Shown here one piece after another: positions 1 to 7,720 of a stretch of DNA of 20,944 bases; the stretch's first letter is position 1, and each line of letters begins with the position of its first letter. Below the pieces are notes generated by a model. That model worked only from the letters and a program-made list of their open reading frames with translations. It was not told where the DNA came from and ran no database searches. The stretch is taken from the IMG/VR virus record IMGVR_UViG_3300008255_000105, one strand, 5' to 3'. Both the position numbers and the translations under genes were made by a program. Source of the DNA: a virus. Taxonomy: Duplodnaviria; Heunggongvirae; Uroviricota; Caudoviricetes.

Positions 1-323
1 CCATCAGCTAATTCAACGGCTGGCCCATCTTCTCGATGGCGTTGGTCGTTTTGGAACCAAAATTTTGTTCCATTAGCATTTTCAATTGCTGGCCCATCAA
101 GGCGATGAAGCTGGCCATTTTGCAACCATTCTTTTGAGCCATTGGCATATTCAACGGCTGGCCCATCAAGGCGATGAAGTTTGCCATTTTGCCACCAAAA
201 TTTTGATCCATCAGGCCATTCAACGGCTGGTCCATCAAGGCGATGAAGCAAGCCGTTCAATCGCCATTCTTTAGTGCCGTTGGCAAAGGTTTCTAGAGTT
301 GGTTGTTCTTTTTGGTTTTGCAT
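1..323 (-). CDS. HRxDGPAVE 23-aa repeat protein (MORN-like repeat), 3' end truncated by window edge; absent from ORF track
   Basis: ATG at 323 after GAGGGG RBS; manual translation MQNQKEQPTLETFAN-GTKEWRLNGLLHRLDGPAVEWPD-GSKFWWQNGKLHRLDGPAVEYAN..., four full units, open to window end. Confidence 0.85.
   Translation of the reverse strand, partial: MQNQKEQPTLETFANGTKEWRLNGLLHRLDGPAVEWPDGSKFWWQNGKLHRLDGPAVEYANGSKEWLQNGQLHRLDGPAIENANGTKFWFQNDQRHREDGPAVELAD
3..278 (-). repeat. Coding tandem repeat, 4 x 69 bp
   Basis: 69-nt period read directly from the sequence. Confidence 0.9.
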
Positions 324-332
324 TTGGTCCCC

Positions 333-983
333 TCACAAGATCAAAGAATCAAAGAAAGAAAGAGGTTTTTCTTTTGGATGATTTGTTTGCAATTTTTTGA
401 TTCTTTGGTTGAATTTTGATTCTGAAAGCTCGTTTCCATTGATCCACCATTGTTTTGTCCCATCGGCTTTTTCAACGGCTGGGCCATCAAGGCAATGAAG
501 TCGGTAGTTTTGCCACCATTCTTTTGAGCCGTCGGCAAATTCACACGCTGGGCCATTTGTTCGATGGCGTTGGCCGTTGAAGAACCAAAATTTTGATCCA
601 TCAGCTAATTCAACTGCTGGCCCGTCTTCTCTGTGACGTTTCCCTTCGAAGAACCATTCTTTTGTTCCGTTGGCATTTTCAACGGCTGGGCCATCTGTTC
701 GATGAAGTTGACCGTTGACCCACCAAGATTTTAAACCATCAGCCCATTCAATAGCTGGCCCGTCAAGGCGATGGCGTTGGTCGTTTTGGAACCAAAATTT
801 TGAACCATCGGCCCATTCAACGGCTGGCCCGTCAAGGCGATGGAGTTTACCGTTTTGGAACCATTCTTTTGAACCATCAGCATTTTCAACGGCTGGGCCA
901 TCAAGGCGATGGCGTTGGCCGTTGAGTTGCCATTCTTTTGTCCCACTTCTAGAGATTTTACAAACTGGTTGTTGGATTCCCAT
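333..983 (-). CDS. HRxDGPAVE 23-aa repeat protein, about 216 aa (frame open to TTG 1004)
   Basis: Seven full GxKxWxxNGxxHRxDGPAxExAD units plus a terminal GTKQWWINGNELSE cap; ATG 983 preceded by AAAGGT. Confidence 0.85.
   Translation of the reverse strand: MGIQQPVCKISRSGTKEWQLNGQRHRLDGPAVENADGSKEWFQNGKLHRLDGPAVEWADGSKFWFQNDQRHRLDGPAIEWADGLKSWWVNGQLHRTDGPAVENANGTKEWFFEGKRHREDGPAVELADGSKFWFFNGQRHRTNGPACEFADGSKEWWQNYRLHCLDGPAVEKADGTKQWWINGNELSESKFNQRIKKLQTNHPKEKPLSFFDSLIL
462..944 (-). repeat. Coding tandem repeat, 7 x 69 bp
   Basis: Units start at 944 (GGG ACA AAA GAA TGG) with 69-nt period; partial eighth unit starts at 461. Confidence 0.9.
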
Positions 984-1004
984 TTTGACCTTTTTCGTGT
1001 GCAA

Positions 1005-1355
1005 TCATTTTTTGTTAAACTCACTAGCAGATGATTCTAACTTTTCCAATCTTTTAATTCTTTTTGTTAGATATTTGATTCGTGAAATTGAGAGGAAGAA
1101 GCCAAAAGACTCAAACAAAACCGCAAAAATAACTAGCGCATAAAGATCACTTGGGAAAAACGAGCAAATGGAAAAAATGAAAAAATTCAAAAACCAAAAA
1201 TTATTTTGAATTTTTTCATTTTTTAATAGCATTTTTTGATTTGAAAGATCATCAAGTTTTATTTTATATAATTTACTATCATTATAAATGCTAATAATTA
1301 TTTTAATCCACATCGTAATAAGGCCACATCTGAAAATCTCATTACCTACTTGCAC
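1005..1355 (-). CDS. Hypothetical membrane protein; start uncertain (ATG 1313 possible)
   Basis: ORF track; two hydrophobic segments and basic C-terminal helix. Confidence 0.65.
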   Translation of the reverse strand: MQVGNEIFRCGLITMWIKIIISIYNDSKLYKIKLDDLSNQKMLLKNEKIQNNFWFLNFFIFSICSFFPSDLYALVIFAVLFESFGFFLSISRIKYLTKRIKRLEKLESSASEFNKK

Positions 1356-1782
1356 GGATTTTCTCCATCTCAGTTAGTTCTTCAGATCCCTCGGACTTTA
1401 ACATCCTGTTAGCCATTTCATCAAGTTCTTCATGGTCAATCTCTTCTTGTTTCCAAAGATCAATTTCTTCAATTTGTTCTAAAATATATTTTTCTATTTC
1501 TTTTTTGTCATCAATAATAAAAATCAGACCAAAATAGATACTTAAAATTTCCATCCATAAAATTACTAAAAACAGTGGATAGATCAAATAGATCAAAAAA
1601 ACACAAATCAGACTAGATATTGATAAATTTAAAAAAAGTCTATCCATTTTTAATAATTCTTTTTTTGCTTTTAAATAAAGGTTTTTAGATATATATCCTA
1701 CGATTTTTTTAAAATACTTTTTTATAGCAAAAAGTTTTAAGAATCTCAAAAACGCTACCATTAGAAATAGACCTACTATCAT
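1342..1782 (-). CDS. Hypothetical membrane protein, 146 aa
   Basis: ORF track; AGGA RBS; three hydrophobic segments, acidic tail. Confidence 0.8.
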   Translation of the reverse strand: MIVGLFLMVAFLRFLKLFAIKKYFKKIVGYISKNLYLKAKKELLKMDRLFLNLSISSLICVFLIYLIYPLFLVILWMEILSIYFGLIFIIDDKKEIEKYILEQIEEIDLWKQEEIDHEELDEMANRMLKSEGSEELTEMEKIRASR

Positions 1783-1828
1783 TTATCCTATCCTTTGTTC
1801 ATCTCCACATGCAGAGCCCTCTGATGCA

Positions 1829-1851
1829 ATGATACCACAGCCGTGGCGGGC
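1829..1851 (-). promoter_or_regulatory. Putative promoter P1: GCCCGCCACGG-N6-TATCAT with extended -10 TG
   Basis: Minus strand gcccgccacgg ctgtgg tatcat upstream of gene 1342-1782; same geometry as P2-P4. Confidence 0.5.
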
Positions 1852-1876
1852 GGGGTTCGCCCCGCCCGCCACGGCT
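1839..1876. repeat. Perfect 17-bp GC-rich inverted repeat with 4-nt loop (AGCCGTGGCGGGCGGGG-TTCG-CCCCGCCCGCCACGGCT)
   Basis: Arms 1839-1855 and 1860-1876 are exact reverse complements; abuts stop codon at 1876; no U-tract on either strand. Confidence 0.95.
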
Positions 1877-2112
1877 TAGAATTTCGCCCTTTGTGTCATT
1901 GTTTTTATGGATCCTTGTGTTTCTTTGATTGAGTTGTTAAAAAGGAAGGTATTTGCTCCCATGAGCAAAGCAAATAATAATGTACCAAAATTAAGACAAA
2001 CAAAAAATGAAATTAATAAATAAAAGAACAAAATGAATGAAATCCATTTACCAATTTTTAGAAAAACTATTCTTCTTTTAAGAAGCTGTCGTTTATTTAG
2101 TTTATTCGACAT
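1876..2112 (-). CDS. Small membrane protein, 78 aa
   Basis: ORF track; start overlaps upstream stop; two hydrophobic segments. Confidence 0.75.
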   Translation of the reverse strand: MSNKLNKRQLLKRRIVFLKIGKWISFILFFYLLISFFVCLNFGTLLFALLMGANTFLFNNSIKETQGSIKTMTQRAKF

Positions 2113-2584
2113 AATCTTTCACATTCTTTTCCCAAAGGGAAATAGTATCATCAAAGATTATAGTTTCCATGGAATTCCTCGGTCCACCGACCTGCTCTTG
2201 AACATATTTATATGCATCATCAATTTCTTTAATATACTTATTCATAGAAAGAACATTTTTTTTGATGAAATTTAATCTTAAATTAATCAATAAAACAAAA
2301 GTTAAATCATACAAAATTATTGGTATAAGAAATAGATTATTAAAATCTTTTTGGCATGAATAGAATAAAATAGGGAAAAAAAGTATATAGATCAAATTCC
2401 AAAGATTTTCAAAGTTATTTTGAAAAATAATTAATTTAGATCTTTGTGTAAATCTTTTTTCTTTAAGTAGTTTTTGTTGCTTGGCTAAACAATAAAATGT
2501 TATGATTATGTTAATAGACAAAGAAATGATTAAAAAAATTATCGTAAAAGATAGAGTTGCTACTCGCTTGGTTTCCGTTAACAT
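2102..2584 (-). CDS. Hypothetical membrane protein, 160 aa
   Basis: ORF track; GAGGAG RBS; three hydrophobic segments. Confidence 0.8.
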   Translation of the reverse strand: MLTETKRVATLSFTIIFLIISLSINIIITFYCLAKQQKLLKEKRFTQRSKLIIFQNNFENLWNLIYILFFPILFYSCQKDFNNLFLIPIILYDLTFVLLINLRLNFIKKNVLSMNKYIKEIDDAYKYVQEQVGGPRNSMETIIFDDTISLWEKNVKDYVE

Positions 2585-2605
2585 GTCTCCTCTTTTCTGG
2601 GTTTG

Positions 2606-2635
2606 ATGACAAAATTTGATTTTTGTTTATATAAT
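2606..2635 (+). promoter_or_regulatory. Putative sigma70-type promoter ATGACA-N18-TATAAT
   Basis: ATGACA 2606-2611, TATAAT 2630-2635, upstream of AAGGAGG RBS. Confidence 0.5.
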
Positions 2636-2656
2636 AAACAAAGGAGGAAAGTTTTT

Positions 2657-3073
2657 ATGAAGAAATATTATAATGTGAAAATTTCAGCTTTTGTTGCAGC
2701 CGAGGCTTCGGCGGAAGACCTTGAAATTGAAATACCAGAAGAACTTGATGGTTGTTTAGAAGAAAATCAACTCTTTGATGATTTTATCTTTCCGAAATAT
2801 AAAGATAAATTGCGTGAACAACTTCATTTAAAAAATGAAAACGAATGGTTAAAGGGTGCTCTTCACACTAATCTTGGTCTAGAGAGAGCAAAATCTTCAA
2901 CAGAAAAATTACTTGAACTTCAAATGGAAGCTGAATTGTTGATGAACAAGAAAAATGAATTTAATTCAAAATTAAAAGAAACCCATGAAAGAATTTTAAA
3001 TATTGCTGATGAAATGGAGGTACTTGAAGATAAAATCAAATCTGAACAATTAGAGCCAGAAGAGCAAGAATAA
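2657..3073 (+). CDS. Hypothetical acidic coiled-coil protein, 138 aa; only credible plus-strand gene
   Basis: AAGGAGG RBS before ATG 2657 (ORF track extends to 2603); fills the gap between minus-strand genes. Confidence 0.85.
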   Translation: MKKYYNVKISAFVAAEASAEDLEIEIPEELDGCLEENQLFDDFIFPKYKDKLREQLHLKNENEWLKGALHTNLGLERAKSSTEKLLELQMEAELLMNKKNEFNSKLKETHERILNIADEMEVLEDKIKSEQLEPEEQE

Positions 3074-3085
3074 CTATCAGAACCA

Positions 3086-3460
3086 TTATTGTATTTGTTG
3101 AACTATTGTCTCTAAATCGAAGAGGTTTATCTCTCGCAAAAGATCGTCGGGAAATGCTCCTGGCCCTTCTATTTCCAGGGAACAAATAGATATCAAATTA
3201 ATAACATCTTTAAAATCAAAAAACTCTTCAATCGCATTAAAAATATCTATTTCATAAATTAATAGATCTTCCATTCTAAAAAAAGAAATAATTTCTTCTA
3301 TAAAATCATAAAACCTATCCAGTTCGGAGTCATTAAGTTCCTCGTCCTCACACCAATAGTCAATGAATTTTAATTCTAAATAATTTTCTGGAATCCACTC
3401 GGAAAATCTTTCGTTTGTCAGAACAATTTCTGAAAATTCTTTTCTAGATATTTTATTCAT
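3086..3460 (-). CDS. Hypothetical highly acidic protein, 124 aa
   Basis: ORF track; 8-nt overlap with upstream stop; about a quarter D/E. Confidence 0.8.
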   Translation of the reverse strand: MNKISRKEFSEIVLTNERFSEWIPENYLELKFIDYWCEDEELNDSELDRFYDFIEEIISFFRMEDLLIYEIDIFNAIEEFFDFKDVINLISICSLEIEGPGAFPDDLLREINLFDLETIVQQIQ

Positions 3461-3869
3461 GGAGAAGACTGAACCTATTGCATGTTATTGTAAAAAAATT
3501 AGTTTGAGTTTGTTTAAGATTAATTATTTCAAAAAAGTTTTCATTCATCATATCTGCTGAATTTTCATCCAAATATTGATGGGCTTGTATAATATCCCTA
3601 AAAGCCATTAAATACAAATAAGCTCCTAATTTTTTATCATAATGTTCTACAGCAATTACAAAAGATTTATGATCTAGAAGAAAATAATCTGGATAACGTC
3701 GAACAAGAACACCATTATGTTGTTTTCTATGTTCCCATTGGATAGTGTGAAACTCTCGTTTATAAAGATATTTATCTATAAAATAAGAATCACCATTTGC
3801 TTCCATTTTAAAGAATTGGTGATTGTTGTAACAAATGTAGTCATAAAGGCAATCAGATTCTAACGACAT
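3453..3869 (-). CDS. Hypothetical protein, 138 aa
   Basis: ORF track; overlaps both neighbours. Confidence 0.8.
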   Translation of the reverse strand: MSLESDCLYDYICYNNHQFFKMEANGDSYFIDKYLYKREFHTIQWEHRKQHNGVLVRRYPDYFLLDHKSFVIAVEHYDKKLGAYLYLMAFRDIIQAHQYLDENSADMMNENFFEIINLKQTQTNFFTITCNRFSLLHE

Positions 3870-4281
3870 GTGTTTCTACCAGATTGTAAATCTTAATTTT
3901 TATGATATGATTAGTTTTGATCATTTTGGTAAAATCAATTGCTTCTCCTATTTTTTCAAATGAATTTAAATATGTTTGACATTCATTTTCTGGCCAAAAT
4001 AATTTATTGCCAGGATTGTTCACAAATGAAACAATAACATATCTTTTAAAAAATTTGGAAAAATCGAATTCAATTAAATCTTTTTTTAATTTCTTTCTTT
4101 TTTTAATTTCTTCTTTATCAAAAACCCTATTTTGCATTATTTGCTCTGGTGTACAACAGAATTTATATTCTTGTTTTTCACTATCTTCTGGGATGAGTAG
4201 ATAGTACAATTTTTCATCCAATAGATGATTAAATACCCATTTTAGATAAACGGGTTCTTCTATTTTCAGTTCTTTTTTCAT
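3853..4281 (-). CDS. Hypothetical protein, 142 aa
   Basis: ORF track; ATGA overlap at 4278-4281. Confidence 0.8.
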   Translation of the reverse strand: MKKELKIEEPVYLKWVFNHLLDEKLYYLLIPEDSEKQEYKFCCTPEQIMQNRVFDKEEIKKRKKLKKDLIEFDFSKFFKRYVIVSFVNNPGNKLFWPENECQTYLNSFEKIGEAIDFTKMIKTNHIIKIKIYNLVETHVVRI

Positions 4282-5069
4282 GGGAGCAACCCTAAAACAT
4301 AATCTAATGATTTAAAATTAAGTTGATCCCAAGATGCAACATTCTGTAATAATGTAGATTTTGCAATACTACTCTCTGGGAACCACAATTCTCTGGAATA
4401 ATTGTGGTCTCTAGAAAAGTGATACAATCCAAGCATAGATTTTTCCCAAGCTCTTTCGGTGTGAGTATAATTATCCCAATTATCGATAAAATCTTGATAA
4501 TCTCCTCTTTCTCTACTGCCCTCTATAATATGACAATAAAAAGCATAATATGGGTTCGGCCAAATATTTCCTTTGTTAATTGAAAAGACATAATCAGATC
4601 GAATAGTTTCAATTAAAATAGACAATGGTTCCCAATGTTCTCTTTTTAGCACTTCTGCTTTTATGCCTGCTTTTATAATAGGTATAATTGTTAAAGAAGA
4701 TCTTCCAGGGAAGAATAAAAAATTATCTATTTGAAAAATAAGCCGTGAGATAAAATTCCAAAAAAGATCTTCTTCTTGTGAGAGTTCATAAATAATCATA
4801 TTCATTAAATTAAAAGTTATGATAGTCCCATTGTTCTCAAAATTTATAAAATTATTTTGGGTTAATTGTTCGGAAAAAGCCTGAATACTTCCAGCGTTGA
4901 TAAGCTGGAAAAAAGCGTCAGCCTTTTCTTTTGTCGTTCTTTTCATAACTATCTCAAAGAATTTGTTAAAAACTAGGACAGAAATTCTACATGATTCTTC
5001 TAATGGGACTATTATATTGCTTTCTTTGTTGGATAGTTTGATCCCGCCGGTCAGTTCCATTTGACTCAT
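4278..5069 (-). CDS. Hypothetical protein, 263 aa
   Basis: Long ORF; GGAG RBS upstream. Confidence 0.85.
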   Translation of the reverse strand: MSQMELTGGIKLSNKESNIIVPLEESCRISVLVFNKFFEIVMKRTTKEKADAFFQLINAGSIQAFSEQLTQNNFINFENNGTIITFNLMNMIIYELSQEEDLFWNFISRLIFQIDNFLFFPGRSSLTIIPIIKAGIKAEVLKREHWEPLSILIETIRSDYVFSINKGNIWPNPYYAFYCHIIEGSRERGDYQDFIDNWDNYTHTERAWEKSMLGLYHFSRDHNYSRELWFPESSIAKSTLLQNVASWDQLNFKSLDYVLGLLP

Positions 5070-5072
5070 CTG

Positions 5073-5570
5073 TTATTCTCCCCAGGGTTCTTTGTTGAAG
5101 TAGTCATCAACTTCAACCTTCATTGCCCGTTCTTCGTCTTCGTCTGATTCAAAATCTGATGCTAGTCCTTCGAGGCATCCTTTGTCAAACATTGAGAAAG
5201 TCAAATCATAGATCATTACAGAGGGGAGATATTCATCGTCAAAAAATTCAAGCAAATAAACCATAGCGTCTGCCACTTCTCCAAAGAATTTTATTCTAAA
5301 GACTATTAAATCTTCATAATTCACGGGGAAAAGCACGCAAAATTTTTCAATAATTTCCAAAACATTTAAATCAGAAGATTCAACATTATTCCCTTGTACA
5401 ATAAGTTTGAAGTTTACGTCTGTGTAGTTCTCGTTAACCTCACCCCAAAAAAGCAAATCTTCATCATTTTTGAATTCCAAAATCTTGATGCGTTGTTTCT
5501 CTAAATTGGTGAATAAATTATCAGTAAATTCAATCAATTCTACACATTGTCGCTCTTCTTCATCTAACAA
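5073..5570 (-). CDS. Hypothetical highly acidic protein, 165 aa (TTG start)
   Basis: AAGGGAG RBS 7 nt before TTG; about a quarter D/E. Confidence 0.8.
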   Translation of the reverse strand: MLDEEERQCVELIEFTDNLFTNLEKQRIKILEFKNDEDLLFWGEVNENYTDVNFKLIVQGNNVESSDLNVLEIIEKFCVLFPVNYEDLIVFRIKFFGEVADAMVYLLEFFDDEYLPSVMIYDLTFSMFDKGCLEGLASDFESDEDEERAMKVEVDDYFNKEPWGE

Positions 5571-5683
5571 CTTCGGACTCCCTTGTTTTTGTTTCTAGTC
5601 TTCCAAACAGCTTCATACCGACTTGCTTCGAACACCATTGTAGCACGCCAAAACGTAACCCTGTGGTTGGAAGCTAAAAATCA

Positions 5684-5837
5684 TTATTCTTTAGATTTTG
5701 TTTCAAGTATTTTAAATTTACATTGGCCATTAGTTCCAGGTACGACAATTTCATTATCTTTAGCATCAAAATAACCATATCCGTGAATAACTTTAGAAAT
5801 TCTTTTTCTTGTTACATCTTTGCTAACAGCTATTCAT
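5684..5837 (-). pseudogene. Small gene (about 50 aa, MIAVSKDVTRKRISKVIHGYGYFDAKDNEIVVPG...) with one-base frame break right after ATG
   Basis: TGATG-coupled ATG at 5837 gives only MNSC*; the frame starting ATA 5833 is open 49 codons to TAA 5684. Confidence 0.45.
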
Positions 5838-6142
5838 CAGTCTCCTTTACGTTTAGTTACAGCAAATTCATTCCAAAATTTAAAAACATCATCAATTGAT
5901 GAAAAATAAAAATTTTGATCAGCAGACATCACATCAACACTTAAATTCTTTATTTCCCATTTATATGATCTATTTAAGAACATATTTCCACTCTGAATAA
6001 CCCATTTATAATTGATTTCAGATAAATAGGCATAAACATCATCACTTAATTTTAAAACTCTAATCTTTCTCAAAATCTTTTGTAAATCTTTAACCTTATT
6101 CTCTAAAAATTCAAGTTTTTTAATTATTTCTTTATTACTCAT
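5837..6142 (-). CDS. Hypothetical protein, 101 aa
   Basis: ORF track; ATGA overlap at 6139-6142. Confidence 0.8.
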   Translation of the reverse strand: MSNKEIIKKLEFLENKVKDLQKILRKIRVLKLSDDVYAYLSEINYKWVIQSGNMFLNRSYKWEIKNLSVDVMSADQNFYFSSIDDVFKFWNEFAVTKRKGD

Positions 6143-6888
6143 TTTCTTCCTCTTTGCACCACATTCCCTAATTCCCTTATCTCTCGGAACATATTAATTC
6201 TTGCCTGTTCTTCAAACTCTTCAAATTCTTTGGTTTTAAAAATCTTTGTTCTACTATAAAAATCCGTAAGAAAATCAATTCGTTTGATTAAAAATGTATT
6301 TTTAGATAAACCTTTTGTTAAACCAAGAACTTCTTGCTGTAAAAGTTTTTTGTAAATCTCATAATCTTCTTCCGGCGAAGCCAACACCAAACAATCTATA
6401 TCTAAAAACAAATCTAAAAGATGAGAGTCTCTTTCCGAAGTGTGATTTGCAGTAGCATAAATAAATTCATGTGCTTTGATTATTATACCATATTCATAAG
6501 GAGGAAGATAGAATGCTTTCATTTCTTTTAAAAATAATTCACAAGAAGCTGCTTCTGAAAATAGGCCAGAATATTCAACAATAATATCGTGATACCAAAT
6601 AGCTAAAAATAAACTTGGTAGTTCATTTAGATCTTTTAAAACTTTTCCTGATTTGATTAGCTCATTTATTTTTTGAAATATGAAATCTAAATGATGAATA
6701 TTATGAAAAACTCTTAAATTATTTTGATATCTTAAAAAAAGATTCTCAAATGCCATGCTAATTGTAGCCTCATGTGCGTCTTTACCAATAATTTGTTTTA
6801 AATGATTCCTAAAAAGTTCTTTCAAATCATCTTTAGGTCTATTCCCAAAAAACCATGGGCACAAATCATTTTTCGTCACTTTCTCCAT
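6139..6888 (-). CDS. HD-superfamily metal-dependent phosphohydrolase (COG4339-like), about 249 aa
   Basis: FHNIHHL...LAIWYHDII...SEAASCE...ATANH...FLDIDCLVL motifs; GAGGAG RBS before ATG 6888. Confidence 0.8.
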   Translation of the reverse strand: MEKVTKNDLCPWFFGNRPKDDLKELFRNHLKQIIGKDAHEATISMAFENLFLRYQNNLRVFHNIHHLDFIFQKINELIKSGKVLKDLNELPSLFLAIWYHDIIVEYSGLFSEAASCELFLKEMKAFYLPPYEYGIIIKAHEFIYATANHTSERDSHLLDLFLDIDCLVLASPEEDYEIYKKLLQQEVLGLTKGLSKNTFLIKRIDFLTDFYSRTKIFKTKEFEEFEEQARINMFREIRELGNVVQRGRK

Positions 6889-6950
6889 CTCTCGGTCTCC
6901 TCGTGAAAGAATTATCTCATAGTAACAGGCTACGACTGGCACTGGAAGTA

Positions 6951-7250
6951 TTAACTATCTTTTTTGCTTGATTCGCTCAAACTTATAGATTTACCATTAT
7001 CAAATAAATTATCTATTTCTCTAGAATAACCGCTCTTGTATGAATGGTTTATAAAAAAGGGCAATTTTATTATTTTTATTTCTTTTGTATCTCTTAAAAA
7101 ACATACTATGATATTTTTACTTATTTTCCATTTTATGGCATATTGAACACGATTAATTGATAGGGTATTTGGAACGTCATAGGAAGATGAATAAAGTGTA
7201 AATTTAATTCCATCTTCTTCAACAGTGTGAAGATTTGAATGCATTTTCAT
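6951..7250 (-). CDS. Hypothetical protein, 99 aa; WxI family paralogue
   Basis: ORF track; ATGA overlap; YAIKWKIS...EIDNLF resembles 7247-7720. Confidence 0.75.
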   Translation of the reverse strand: MKMHSNLHTVEEDGIKFTLYSSSYDVPNTLSINRVQYAIKWKISKNIIVCFLRDTKEIKIIKLPFFINHSYKSGYSREIDNLFDNGKSISLSESSKKDS

Positions 7251-7720
7251 TTCTTCCTTTTAGCCATCGACACAGAGCGATCATTTTCAGATGGGTTTTG
7301 TTTAACAATTGAGATGCCAGTTTCAATAGGTTTTTTCCCATTAATTTTTTTTATTCCTAAAATTAATTGTTTTTTTTCTTGTTGCTCAACTTTTAATATT
7401 TTCTTTTTTTCTTCTATTAAAAATTCTTCATGATCTTTTATCATTATCCCCAAAAATTCTTTAGATTTCACAAACAAATCATCAACAACTTCATCTTCTC
7501 CTAATTTATATGAATAAATTTTTGGTTTAAAAAAATCTTCAATAGTTATAGCCTCTTTTTTGGTATAAAAAACAATTTTTGTTCTCCAAGATATTTTCCA
7601 TTCAATTGAATAATACCAATCATTCGAATTCCAATATTTAACTTTGAATAGACGAACTTTAAATTTCCCAAATTTTTTCTTTTCAAGTAAAATTCTAGCA
7701 CTAATATCTATGTCGGTCAT
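7247..7720 (-). CDS. Hypothetical protein, 157 aa; WxIxW family with coiled-coil tail
   Basis: ORF track; ATGA overlaps at both ends. Confidence 0.8.
   Translation of the reverse strand: MTDIDISARILLEKKKFGKFKVRLFKVKYWNSNDWYYSIEWKISWRTKIVFYTKKEAITIEDFFKPKIYSYKLGEDEVVDDLFVKSKEFLGIMIKDHEEFLIEEKKKILKVEQQEKKQLILGIKKINGKKPIETGISIVKQNPSENDRSVSMAKRKK

Noticed and set aside
1-944. CRISPR array or diversity-generating retroelement
   Set aside because: Repeats are contiguous 69-nt coding units with no unique spacers; differences are not confined to adenines and no reverse transcriptase is in the window
8-1143. Alternative-frame and plus-strand ORFs over the repeat genes (8-238, 86-274, 341-601, 715-1143, 731-1024)
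   Set aside because: Shadow frames kept open by the repeated, GC-richer sequence; no RBS
1298-1342. Frameshifted start for gene 1005-1355 (TAATG-coupled ATG 1342 plus one A at 1301-1304)
   Set aside because: Plausible, but no paralogue or motif supports it and an in-frame ATG exists at 1313
1839-1876. tRNA fragment (GGTTCG resembles a T-loop)
   Set aside because: Single perfect hairpin; no D arm, anticodon arm or acceptor stem
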